NCBI GenBank assembly: GCA_041742355.1
Contig: JBGSIV010000063.1
Span: 1 to 23,736, forward strand
Source of the DNA: Candidatus Zixiibacteriota bacterium
GTDB taxonomy: Bacteria; Zixibacteria; MSB-5A5; GN15; FEB-12
Length of the DNA stretch: 23,736 bases
Reading direction: 5' to 3'
Both the position numbers and the translations under genes were made by a program. This document shows, in pieces, positions 9,852 through 17,570 of the stretch (positions are counted from its first letter, which is position 1; the number at the start of each line of letters is the position of its first letter). The notes under the pieces are model-generated. The model did not search any database. It was given only the letters and a program-made list of their open reading frames with translations, and was not told where the DNA came from.

Positions 9852-10498
9852 CGTGTCTTCACTCCGTTAAGAAACAGGTCGACGACGGCGTCGCCGCGCT
9901 GCTTGACAAAGTCCTCATAGTCGGTGATCTGCAGGACCCGATTAATCAGAGGCGCCATGAGATAGTAGCCGAGTTGCATAGTGATGAACGAAACAATCGC
10001 CTGCCGCAGTTCGAACTCCCGCAGCCGCCCGTCGCTCCGCTCCTGTTCGAGCAGGCCGCGGATGATCGTGGGAATCCCGGACTCGCGAATGCGTTCAGCC
10101 CACCGCGGCACAAGGGCACTCCCGGGGTCGGCCAGTTCACGCAACAGGAGGCGGGGAATCTCAGGCCGGGCCAGGAAGGCCATCTGGTAATGGTGGGCGA
10201 CAGCGGTCAGAGCCTCCTGGAGGTCTTTCGTTCCCTCCAAGCGCAAACGGGCCGCCGTGACCGTGTCCCGCATGTAAGCCGTAAGTGTCTCTTCATACAG
10301 GTGCTGCTTCTTGCCATAATAGTAGTAGAGGAGCGCCTTATTGACCCCCGCCCGTTCGGCTATCCGGTCGACCCGGGCGCCCGCAACACCTTGCTCAGCG
10401 AACTCGACGAGGGCGGCTTCGAGGATGCGCCGCTTAGTTCCAGCGGCCTCGGAATCATCATTGGGCCGGGGTGTTGGTGTGTTGTCTTCTGTCTTCAT
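9848..10498 (-). CDS. TetR/AcrR family transcriptional regulator
   Basis: HTH ILEAALVEFAEQGVAGARVDRIAERAGVNKALLYYYYGKK. ATG at 10498 is preferred over TTG at 10504. ATGA overlap with the TolC-family gene. Confidence 0.94.
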   Translation of the reverse strand: MKTEDNTPTPRPNDDSEAAGTKRRILEAALVEFAEQGVAGARVDRIAERAGVNKALLYYYYGKKQHLYEETLTAYMRDTVTAARLRLEGTKDLQEALTAVAHHYQMAFLARPEIPRLLLRELADPGSALVPRWAERIRESGIPTIIRGLLEQERSDGRLREFELRQAIVSFITMQLGYYLMAPLINRVLQITDYEDFVKQRGDAVVDLFLNGVKTR

Positions 10499-10533
10499 AA
10501 ACAACCGTTTAGTTTAACTGAACTGTTAGTTAA
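10498..10533. promoter_or_regulatory. Candidate tandem TetR operators
   Basis: TAAAC-N9-GTTTA (10498-10516) and TTAACT-N8-AGTTAA (10514-10533), both in an AT-rich patch abutting the regulator start. Confidence 0.6.
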
Positions 10534-10683
10534 TAACGTTCCTTTCGGGGGATAAGTTAAGAAGTTTTTCGCCGGAATCGGATCTTTCGATTAAGAACTT
10601 TTATGGCAATGAGTTAGATAGCAGCACCCATCTGTACTGAACAGCCAGCATCGACAAAACCGAAGTTCAATGTCGGGGGAACA

Positions 10684-11043
10684 TTACGACCGTCGCGGCA
10701 AACGACGGCGACGAAATTCGCCGGTGAGACCGAAGAAAACCGCCAAGGCCACCAGAGCCATCGAGCCAAAGATGTAAGCGCTACCGGTCCGGTTGGGATC
10801 ATGTGCACTGACCGGCATGATGGCGATGTAGGTGTAGACAAGGGTATTGATCGCGGCCCAAACCGTGGCAAACATGAGGGCCTTTCGGGATCCGCGCTGG
10901 ACGAACATCGCAATCAGCAGGGTAACTAAAGCGATGGAGCCGGTGATCAGCACTGGGACGACTGACCCGGTACGGATGAGGCCGACAACCCCCATGAGGA
11001 AGACGTACAGCCCGAGGGTCATCACGAGGTAGTGGCGTTTCAT
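10684..11043 (-). CDS. Small 4-TM membrane protein, TMEM14-like
   Basis: 119 aa from ATG 11043 (MKRHYLV); four hydrophobic helices; MGVVGLIRTGSVVPVL resembles the TMEM14 GGxxGYxxxGSxxSL pattern. Confidence 0.6.
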   Translation of the reverse strand: MKRHYLVMTLGLYVFLMGVVGLIRTGSVVPVLITGSIALVTLLIAMFVQRGSRKALMFATVWAAINTLVYTYIAIMPVSAHDPNRTGSAYIFGSMALVALAVFFGLTGEFRRRRLPRRS

Positions 11044-11049
11044 ACGTCT

Positions 11050-11055
11050 ATTATA
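11050..11055 (-). promoter_or_regulatory. Sigma70 -10 element, probable leaderless transcript
   Basis: Perfect TATAAT 6 nt upstream of ATG 11043; no SD; -35 weak. Confidence 0.5.
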
Positions 11056-11060
11056 TGCAT

Positions 11061-11585
11061 TCAGCGGCGGCGAGTGTAGTGGATATCCCACATCGGACGC
11101 CAGGTGGCACCCCGATCATCGGAACGCTGCCAACTCCAGTCAAGGCTGTCGGGAGCGATATTGTAGAAGACCATGCGCTGCAGGAACGTCGTATCATTGC
11201 GACGGGCCTCGCGGCCAAGGATCATGCTGTCGCCGACCAGCCCCCCGGCGAAATCGAGGTAGCTCCCCTGATTGTCAACCCACGTCTGCCTCCACTCCCC
11301 TGCCTCGAGGCTGAAGGTCGACACGGAACGTCCCACAAAGGGTACCGAATCGGCGGTAGTGAAATTCTCGACAATGACGCAGCCACCGAGTTCGCGGGCG
11401 ATCGTGTTGGTGCCTTTACCGCCGTCTTTCCACGTGAGATCCCATTCACCGAGCCAGAAATCGAACTGGCGGAATTCAGGAGACGAGCAGGGCGGGAGTG
11501 TACCTGCTGTTTGAGCCGAAAGCGAAGTGCACGTGCCGATACAGGCAAGGACGGGAATAAAAAGTAGTACAGACAGTCGTGGCAT
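11061..11585 (-). CDS. Secreted beta-rich protein (DUF1579-like)
   Basis: AAGGAGG RBS before ATG 11585; signal peptide; PCSSPEFRQFDFWLGEWD, WRQTWVDNQG, WQRSDDRGATW. Confidence 0.72.
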   Translation of the reverse strand: MPRLSVLLFIPVLACIGTCTSLSAQTAGTLPPCSSPEFRQFDFWLGEWDLTWKDGGKGTNTIARELGGCVIVENFTTADSVPFVGRSVSTFSLEAGEWRQTWVDNQGSYLDFAGGLVGDSMILGREARRNDTTFLQRMVFYNIAPDSLDWSWQRSDDRGATWRPMWDIHYTRRR

Positions 11586-11625
11586 GACTACATCCTCCTT
11601 CAGTGCGGCAAGATCTCTCTGGTGC

Positions 11626-11655
11626 ATTATACGGAACCATGACGGCAGAGCGCAA
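11626..11655 (-). promoter_or_regulatory. Sigma70-type promoter
   Basis: TTGCGC-N18-TATAAT on the minus strand, upstream of the 11585 start. Confidence 0.5.
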
Positions 11656-11669
11656 CAGACCCGACCGCC

Positions 11670-12425
11670 TCAAGCTTCGCGCATAGATCGGAGCGCGGGC
11701 ATAAGGCGATCGGGGACATCGGTGATTATCACCGCCGTCCCCCGCTCGGCGAGTCGCCTCGCAACGGCCACCCGATTGACCGTCCACGTGACGATCGGTA
11801 GGTTCTCATCGGCCATCCGCCGACAAAAAGCGGGAGTGACGAGATGGCGGTGCGGAGCGATGAAGTCGGCGCCGAGGTTCCGCACTCGTGTGGTGAGGGC
11901 GCCGCGGCGAAGGCGACCGCGCAGGGCGGTCGGGGCCATGGTGCCGACAATTAGACCGATTATCGCGCGCGGCGCTGCTTCACGCACAGCGGTGACAACC
12001 GACGGCCGAAACGAGGTGAACGCGACGTGGCGCAAGCTGCAATAGCGTTGTGCGAGACTGACTACCTCGTCCTCGTACCCGGACTCCTTGAGTTCGATAT
12101 CGAGCGCGACCCTGCCGGCGCACAGGCGCAGTGCCTCCTCCAGTGTAGGGAGGTGGTAGCCGCGGCGAGTTGCCTGAAGCAGGATCTCGTCGTAGCCGAG
12201 GTTTTTTATCCAGCGGGCAGAGCGCTGGACGCGAGCATTGTGGTGAACGACGAGAACTCCATCCCGAGTGCGCCGCACATCCAGCTCGATGCCGTCGACA
12301 TCGAGATCAATCGCATCCTGGAAGGCCTCGAGAGTGTTCTCGCGATGACGGCGGGAGGCGCCGCGATGGGCAAAAACAAAGGTCTCCGCCGACAAGCCAA
12401 GCTTTGAGAAGTCTATGAGTGCCAT
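11670..12425 (-). CDS. Glycerophosphodiester phosphodiesterase family protein
   Basis: FAHRGAS...ENTLEAF, IELDVRRTRDGVLVVHH, LDIELK, WTVN, IITDVP. Start ATG 12425 overlaps the upstream stop (TGATG). Confidence 0.9.
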   Translation of the reverse strand: MALIDFSKLGLSAETFVFAHRGASRRHRENTLEAFQDAIDLDVDGIELDVRRTRDGVLVVHHNARVQRSARWIKNLGYDEILLQATRRGYHLPTLEEALRLCAGRVALDIELKESGYEDEVVSLAQRYCSLRHVAFTSFRPSVVTAVREAAPRAIIGLIVGTMAPTALRGRLRRGALTTRVRNLGADFIAPHRHLVTPAFCRRMADENLPIVTWTVNRVAVARRLAERGTAVIITDVPDRLMPALRSMREA

Positions 12426-13717
12426 CAGCCTTCGGAAGTGCTGCCGGGGATGGTGTTTTCGGTCGGGGAGGCCATAATGCCGGAGGACTCCTCTGCCTGA
12501 CGATCGGGAGAGGCGGTGCGGAGCTGGTGCAGCATCATCAGCATCCCGCCATACATACCTATAAGACACAGCAGCCTGATCGGAGTATCTTTGAGGCCGT
12601 GGCCGATTTGCAGGCCGATCACACAGGCAAGGAAGAAGAGCGAAAGCCGGTCACGCCAGAAGCCGGTCGCCGAAGCGATCACCTGCCGCCAGTACGCCAC
12701 GATCGCAAGGAACGGCAGGGTCAGCAGCAGCAGGTGGTGAGCTTCCGACATGGGAAAGGTCAGCGGAATTATGGTGATAATGGCCGCAAACACAGCGAAC
12801 CGGTGGTGGAACGTTGCCCCTGAGAATGAACGTGGGGCGAGCCGCCATACCGGGATGAACAGGCCGACTGCCAAAAGGCAAACAGCGAGGATTTTCAGCG
12901 GCGGGTACCACGTGAGGTGCAGCAGGTAACTGAAGGTCGAGATGATTGAGAATGACCGGAAGCCACCCTCGAAGTCGGAACCGGTAATGTGCGGCATGAC
13001 CTCCGTGACGAAGTACCGGTAGTACGTGAGACTATCCGCATTCACCAGGAGGGGAAGGCCGACGGTGAAGAGGGGAACAAGGACAGCGGCATACAGGGCA
13101 GTCCGCCACTGGCGGGTGAAGAGAAGAATCAGCAGGCAGAGACCTGGGGATATCTTGATCGAGGCGGCAACGGCGATAAACAGAGCAGCAAGGAACAGGC
13201 GGTCACGCTGCAGGGCATAGAAGAAGCCGGCGGTTGCGCCCAGGACGTACAGGTTGACCTGTCCGTTGAGAAACTCGTCCTGAAGATAGGGATGCAGCAT
13301 CACTACGATGATTGCTATGGCGCCGTAGTTGTCGATGAGGGCGCGACGGATCGACGGCAACTGGTAGAGCCGCTGCCATGCGACGCCGAGAGTGAGAAAG
13401 AAGGCGAGGAAAGAGCCAAGCGACCACAGGGCGATGGAAACGCCCTTGAGAAGCGGGGATGATTGCAGCCAGGTCAGCGGATGTATCACCAGCAGCAGAA
13501 AGAGGGGATAGATATAGCGGCGAGCCACCTGCTGATACGGGTTCTGGCCGTCAAAGAACCAATCCGACGCCCGCACGTACGACGTGAAGTCGATCTCGTG
13601 AAACTTGAAGAAGTTGCGGATCGACTGGTAGTAGAAGAGCAGCAGGGAAGCCGCGCCGGCGACGATGACCACGAAGAGAGCGATTCTAAGGACAGTCCGC
13701 TGGGGGGTGGCATTCAT
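12425..13717 (-). CDS. GT87 (DUF2029) family GT-C glycosyltransferase
   Basis: DFTSY...GQNPY...YIYP, NGQVN and AASIKISP motifs; many TM helices. Confidence 0.85.
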   Translation of the reverse strand: MNATPQRTVLRIALFVVIVAGAASLLLFYYQSIRNFFKFHEIDFTSYVRASDWFFDGQNPYQQVARRYIYPLFLLLVIHPLTWLQSSPLLKGVSIALWSLGSFLAFFLTLGVAWQRLYQLPSIRRALIDNYGAIAIIVVMLHPYLQDEFLNGQVNLYVLGATAGFFYALQRDRLFLAALFIAVAASIKISPGLCLLILLFTRQWRTALYAAVLVPLFTVGLPLLVNADSLTYYRYFVTEVMPHITGSDFEGGFRSFSIISTFSYLLHLTWYPPLKILAVCLLAVGLFIPVWRLAPRSFSGATFHHRFAVFAAIITIIPLTFPMSEAHHLLLLTLPFLAIVAYWRQVIASATGFWRDRLSLFFLACVIGLQIGHGLKDTPIRLLCLIGMYGGMLMMLHQLRTASPDRQAEESSGIMASPTENTIPGSTSEG

Positions 13718-13723
13718 GGAGAG

Positions 13724-13752
13724 AATCTATGAAGCGCCCGGGAGACCGTCAA
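13724..13752 (-). promoter_or_regulatory. Sigma70 promoter, probable leaderless transcript of the GT87-GDPD pair
   Basis: TTGACG-N17-TAGATT; the -10 ends 6 nt before ATG 13717; no SD. Confidence 0.6.
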
Positions 13753-13763
13753 GGACATTAAGG

Positions 13764-13797
13764 GTGTGGTGTCAGGTAAGGACACCTGACACCACAC
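13764..13797. repeat. Perfect 14-bp hairpin (REP-like, possible terminator after prpD)
   Basis: GTGTGGTGTCAGGT-aaggac-ACCTGACACCACAC; no U-tract; shares a GTCAGG/CCTGAC core with the hairpin at 19298-19320. Confidence 0.7.
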
Positions 13798-13815
13798 TGA
13801 GGGCTTCTCCGGGGC

Positions 13816-15189
13816 CTACACGATCAGGCGCTCCATGAGGTCCCGGCAGGACATCTTCTCGCAGGAGAAGATGGCATCCCGGACTTCAGCCTGGCGTTTC
13901 TCGTCGAGCAGCGCGGCCGAGTTGCCATTGAACTTCACCTCGAGGTCGTGCATCGTCATCGGCTCGCGAGGGTCGCCCTTGGGATACTCGAGGTATTCGG
14001 TGTAGGTCTTGCCGCTCTTGGTGCGGACGACGACGCGCGAGGGCTGCTTGGCGGGGAACATCGCCTCGAATTCCATCGAGGCCTCGCCTTTGATCCTGTC
14101 AATCACCTGCCAGATACGTTCATCCTTGAGTTTCTTATCGGAGAATGACTGTACCGAAATCTGGTGGTCAACCATCGCAGCAGCAAGGCAATAGGGCAGC
14201 GAGTGGTCGGCCGTCTCGCGCGAATCCGGGCGGTACTTGTGTGGGTCGAAGAGGATGTCGCAGGCACGGGCGATCGTAGTGACCGTCACTTCCTCGATCT
14301 GATCGTAGGTGATGTTGTTTTCGGTCACCACTTTCAGCAGGCAGCTCAGGTGGGTGTGGGTGAGCGCCTCGGTCGGGAAGGCCTTCATGCCGCACTCGAG
14401 GATTTTGAATTTCTCGCCAAGGTGCCCCATGAGTTTGTGCAGATCCCATTCGGGTCCGAAGACGTCCATGAGGCCCTCCTTACCCTCGAAGACCGCGGCA
14501 GTGCCGGTGTAGCCTTTCTGCGCCATGAGAGCGGCGAACACGCCCGACTGCACGGCCATCGGGTCGACCGTGTTCTTCATCATGGTCAGTTTTCCTGCGG
14601 TGGGGCAGCCGATCGTGTGGTTGTGGCAGCCGTTTATGCCGATCGCGTGGGCCATCTTCGTGCTGTCGAGGCCGAGTAGCTTGCCGGCGACGATGGGAGA
14701 GACAAACTGAGTCAGGGTGGCGTGGTGCCACTTGCGTTCGCGCACGCCCGGAACGGCGAACTCACACAGCCGCTGTTCAAATTCATACGCGAGGACGATC
14801 GCGACGATGACCTCCTTCATGGAGGCATCGACCAATTCACCGACCGAGAGCGCGGCCGGGATCAGATCGGATGGGTGCGAGGGGTCTTCTTTCCAGTAGA
14901 TGTCGTTGAAATCGAGCGCCCGGATCATGAGCGAATTCACGAGCGTCGCGTTGACGGCGGGCACCCGGTCGCCGAAGCCGATGACGGTTGCTTCTTCCTT
15001 GCCGCCCATTTCGCGATAGAGGTCGCGGATAATATTGACATCCCGGGTATGGTAACCGCCGTAAGCGCAGCCAACCGAGTCGTAGAGGTAGCGCTTGACC
15101 TCGTAGACGACGTTTTCGGGGAGCTGGTCATACGTGAGCCCAACAGCGAAGTCGGCGATCTTCTGGGAAATGGTCTTGTCTGTGGCCAT
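13816..15189 (-). CDS. prpD: MmgE/PrpD family protein (2-methylcitrate dehydratase-like)
   Basis: RALDFNDIY, SHPSD, WHHAT, ETADHSLPY, YPKGDPREP; GGAGG RBS before ATG 15189. The substrate is not established from sequence. Confidence 0.88.
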   Translation of the reverse strand: MATDKTISQKIADFAVGLTYDQLPENVVYEVKRYLYDSVGCAYGGYHTRDVNIIRDLYREMGGKEEATVIGFGDRVPAVNATLVNSLMIRALDFNDIYWKEDPSHPSDLIPAALSVGELVDASMKEVIVAIVLAYEFEQRLCEFAVPGVRERKWHHATLTQFVSPIVAGKLLGLDSTKMAHAIGINGCHNHTIGCPTAGKLTMMKNTVDPMAVQSGVFAALMAQKGYTGTAAVFEGKEGLMDVFGPEWDLHKLMGHLGEKFKILECGMKAFPTEALTHTHLSCLLKVVTENNITYDQIEEVTVTTIARACDILFDPHKYRPDSRETADHSLPYCLAAAMVDHQISVQSFSDKKLKDERIWQVIDRIKGEASMEFEAMFPAKQPSRVVVRTKSGKTYTEYLEYPKGDPREPMTMHDLEVKFNGNSAALLDEKRQAEVRDAIFSCEKMSCRDLMERLIV

Positions 15190-15237
15190 AGGTCCGGTAT
15201 CCTCCACTTCTTCGTAGTAAGCAGTTCCAGAGAATCA

Positions 15238-15266
15238 ATTATACGGCACTTTGCCTGTACAGACAA
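15238..15266 (-). promoter_or_regulatory. Sigma70 promoter of the prpD-like gene
   Basis: TTGTCT-N17-TATAAT on the minus strand. Confidence 0.65.
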
Positions 15267-15305
15267 GGGGTGTCCGGGTCGAAGGTCCAGGGCCGGCGAG
15301 CGCTT

Positions 15306-15322
15306 TCGGAACAATTTTTGCT
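15306..15322 (+). promoter_or_regulatory. Candidate sigma54 (-24/-12) promoter
   Basis: TCGGAACAATTTTTGCT: GG-N10-GC with TTGCT; oriented toward the 15589 gene. Confidence 0.4.
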
Positions 15323-15588
15323 CTGACTGTACCCGACAGGATCCAAAGCCATGTAACGCAATATACTCAAGTGAGTCGAGTAAACGGCATGAGCAACGTC
15401 CGAGCTTGTCAGGGAATATGCAAAGTGCAGCGCCTTGCGGATTCAGGTGCACGAATTCCGGGCTTTCGGCGCGGCGATATTTCCGGGCGACGAAAGTTGT
15501 CCGAAAGTTGCGCAGCGCTCGGACGGCTCATCCGCGAATCCAAAACGCCCAGGATAGTACTTCAACGGCTTTTACACTAGAGGTCAGT

Positions 15589-16560
15589 ATGAGTAAACAT
15601 CTCCTGATGATTGCCGCCTGCCTGCTTCTTGCGACCGGAGCGGCCTGGTCGCAGGAAGTTGTCATCACCGGTTTTCCGGTCGGTGTCGGCGGGAGCATCG
15701 ACGACGGCTTTTTCGAACCCTTCTACCCGGATCTGCAGGCGATGGTGGACACGCTGCAGAAGTATCCGCGGTCGCTGCTGATTGTAACCGGCAGCGCCGA
15801 CGGCAACCAGTACCGGGCGAACAACGACGCATTGAATCCGTCGCTCGCCTTAGGGCGGGCGCACATTGTCCGCAACCTGCTGGTGTCCAAGCTGGGTGCG
15901 GACTCCTCGCGGGTGCTGATCCAGTCGACCAATGTCACGGTGACCGGGCCGGAGTACCGCTACGCGCGGGTGCGGCTGGTGCAGGACCGTGAGATGGCCG
16001 ACCTGGAGAACCGCCTGGCGGCGGTGGAAAACCGCCCGCCGGTCGAGAAACACTTCACCGAGGTGCGCGAAGTGCCGGCGACCGTGACAGCGTCGTTCGC
16101 CGACTACCTCGGGGTGCAGTTCGCGGGTGGCGCGACCACTTCCCCCTTCGGCGGCATGCCCCTGGTGAGCGGGGCGCTGTCGTGGAAGCGGATGGTATAT
16201 GTCGAGGCGGTCCTGGGCCACACCTTCTGGGACAACGAATTCACGTACCAGGGCAATGAGCTCGACACGAAACGCCGCATGGCCGGCGCGCAGGTGATCT
16301 ACTTCCCGCTGGAGGAGATCCCGGTCGGGTTGGTCGGCGGCTGGATGCGGATCGAGGAGATCTCGGAGCGCTACTACAAGTATGTCAGGTTGTCGGAGGG
16401 GCCGGTGGCCGGGTTGCGCGGAACCTATAAGATGTTCGCGCTGACCGGGCTGTACAATCCCTCGCGGCAGCGCGAGGCGGGCGTGGAAGATTCCGAAGCC
16501 CACCACGACCAATTCCTGGTCAATCTGACCGCCTTCTTCGAGCTGGGAGGCATGCGATGA
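15589..16560 (+). CDS. Outer membrane protein with N-terminal OmpA-C-like peptidoglycan-binding domain and C-terminal beta-barrel of about 8 strands
   Basis: GAGG RBS and a signal peptide (MSKHLLMIAACLLLATGAAWSQ). LQKYPRSLLIVTGSAD...NPSLALGRAHIVRNLL matches the OmpA-C pattern. A short coiled coil is followed by amphipathic strands ending FLVNLTAFFEL. Confidence 0.7.
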   Translation: MSKHLLMIAACLLLATGAAWSQEVVITGFPVGVGGSIDDGFFEPFYPDLQAMVDTLQKYPRSLLIVTGSADGNQYRANNDALNPSLALGRAHIVRNLLVSKLGADSSRVLIQSTNVTVTGPEYRYARVRLVQDREMADLENRLAAVENRPPVEKHFTEVREVPATVTASFADYLGVQFAGGATTSPFGGMPLVSGALSWKRMVYVEAVLGHTFWDNEFTYQGNELDTKRRMAGAQVIYFPLEEIPVGLVGGWMRIEEISERYYKYVRLSEGPVAGLRGTYKMFALTGLYNPSRQREAGVEDSEAHHDQFLVNLTAFFELGGMR

Positions 16561-17507
16561 AGAGAGTACTGCTGCTGACGATAGTGGGGGCGCTCGCGCT
16601 AGTGTTTCAGCTGGTTGTCAACTGCGCCAGTCCGCTGGAGAGCCCCGACCGGAACAACCCGAACCCGCCGCCGCCGATCGAGGTGCACGACACGGTCTTC
16701 GACACCGTATTCGTGATCGATACCAACGGCAACGGCGATACCGATACGGTGATAGTGATTGACACCGTCGTCACGATCGACACGATCATCAACACCGACA
16801 CGGTGAACATCGGCGGCGACACGATCTGGGTGATCGACACGAACGTTATCTACGACACGGTCGTGGTGGTCGATACGACAGTCAACTGGGACACGGTGGT
16901 CGTCATCGACACGACCGTGGTGATCGACACCACGGTAGTCGTCGATACAGTGCAGGTGCCGGACACGATCATCTGGATCGACACGGTTGTCGACAACGAC
17001 ACCGTGATCGTGACCGACACGGTTATCCAGACGGATACGATTGTCCAGACCGACACGATCATCAACAATGACACGACGGTGATTCATGACACGGTCGTAG
17101 TGCCCGACACCGTGGTGATCCCGGATACCGTTGTCATCCCGGACACGATCTTTATCACCGACACGGTGACGGTGGTCGACACGATCTGGGTGGTGGTGCC
17201 GGACACGGCCAACCCGCCGGTGATGTGCGCGCAGCTGGGACCGACCCAGAAAGAGATCGAGTGGATGTTCCGGAACGCCGAAGGGCAGTACCGCCTGGAG
17301 TTCTCGGGACGGATCGAGAAGGAGCATCCCTCGAATGAGGTCAAGCTGCTGATCGACGGGCACGAGTACCTCTGGGATATCAACGAGGACCGGGTGTTCA
17401 TCATCGAGAAGTGGCTGGGGCCGAACGCCCAGATCGAGATCGTGCGGACCAAGCCGAACCCCTACGGGCATGAGATCGATATCTGCCTGACGATCACGAA
17501 GTTGTAG
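16557..17507 (+). CDS. Putative lipoprotein with 30 Asp-Thr repeats and a C-terminal globular domain
   Basis: ATGA overlap with the upstream gene; MKR plus hydrophobic stretch plus Cys23 (LVVNC, atypical lipobox); Pro linker; DTxxxx repeats; C-terminal domain of about 95 aa with two Cys. Confidence 0.82.
   Translation: MKRVLLLTIVGALALVFQLVVNCASPLESPDRNNPNPPPPIEVHDTVFDTVFVIDTNGNGDTDTVIVIDTVVTIDTIINTDTVNIGGDTIWVIDTNVIYDTVVVVDTTVNWDTVVVIDTTVVIDTTVVVDTVQVPDTIIWIDTVVDNDTVIVTDTVIQTDTIVQTDTIINNDTTVIHDTVVVPDTVVIPDTVVIPDTIFITDTVTVVDTIWVVVPDTANPPVMCAQLGPTQKEIEWMFRNAEGQYRLEFSGRIEKEHPSNEVKLLIDGHEYLWDINEDRVFIIEKWLGPNAQIEIVRTKPNPYGHEIDICLTITKL
16689..17210 (+). repeat. Coding repeat: DTxxxx units, mostly 18 nt
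   Basis: 30 DT dipeptides counted in the translation; the codons vary synonymously (GAC/GAT, ACG/ACC/ACA). Confidence 0.92.
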
Positions 17508-17533
17508 AGTCCGACAGTAGTGAGTGTGAGGTG

Positions 17534-17566
17534 AGAGGCCGGGCCTGGAGAGGGTCCGGCCTTTCT
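17534..17566 (+). terminator. Probable intrinsic terminator
   Basis: AGGCCGGGCC/GGTCCGGCCT stem followed by TTCT, about 27 nt after the 17507 stop. Confidence 0.6.
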
Positions 17567-17570
17567 GCAT

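Noticed and set aside
12426..12569. Extended start of the GDPD
   Set aside because: It lies inside the GT87 gene; the TGATG overlap supports 12425.
14722..15588. N-terminal extension giving a 612-aa ORF
   Set aside because: It overlaps prpD on the opposite strand and both promoters; the RBS and signal peptide point to ATG 15589.
15333..15588. c-di-GMP-I riboswitch
   Set aside because: A GAAA hairpin and CAAAGCC are present but not in the required order or context.
16599..17570. Long antisense ORFs rich in His/Arg/Asp or Val/Ser/Thr
   Set aside because: They are shadows of the DT-repeat gene on the opposite strand.
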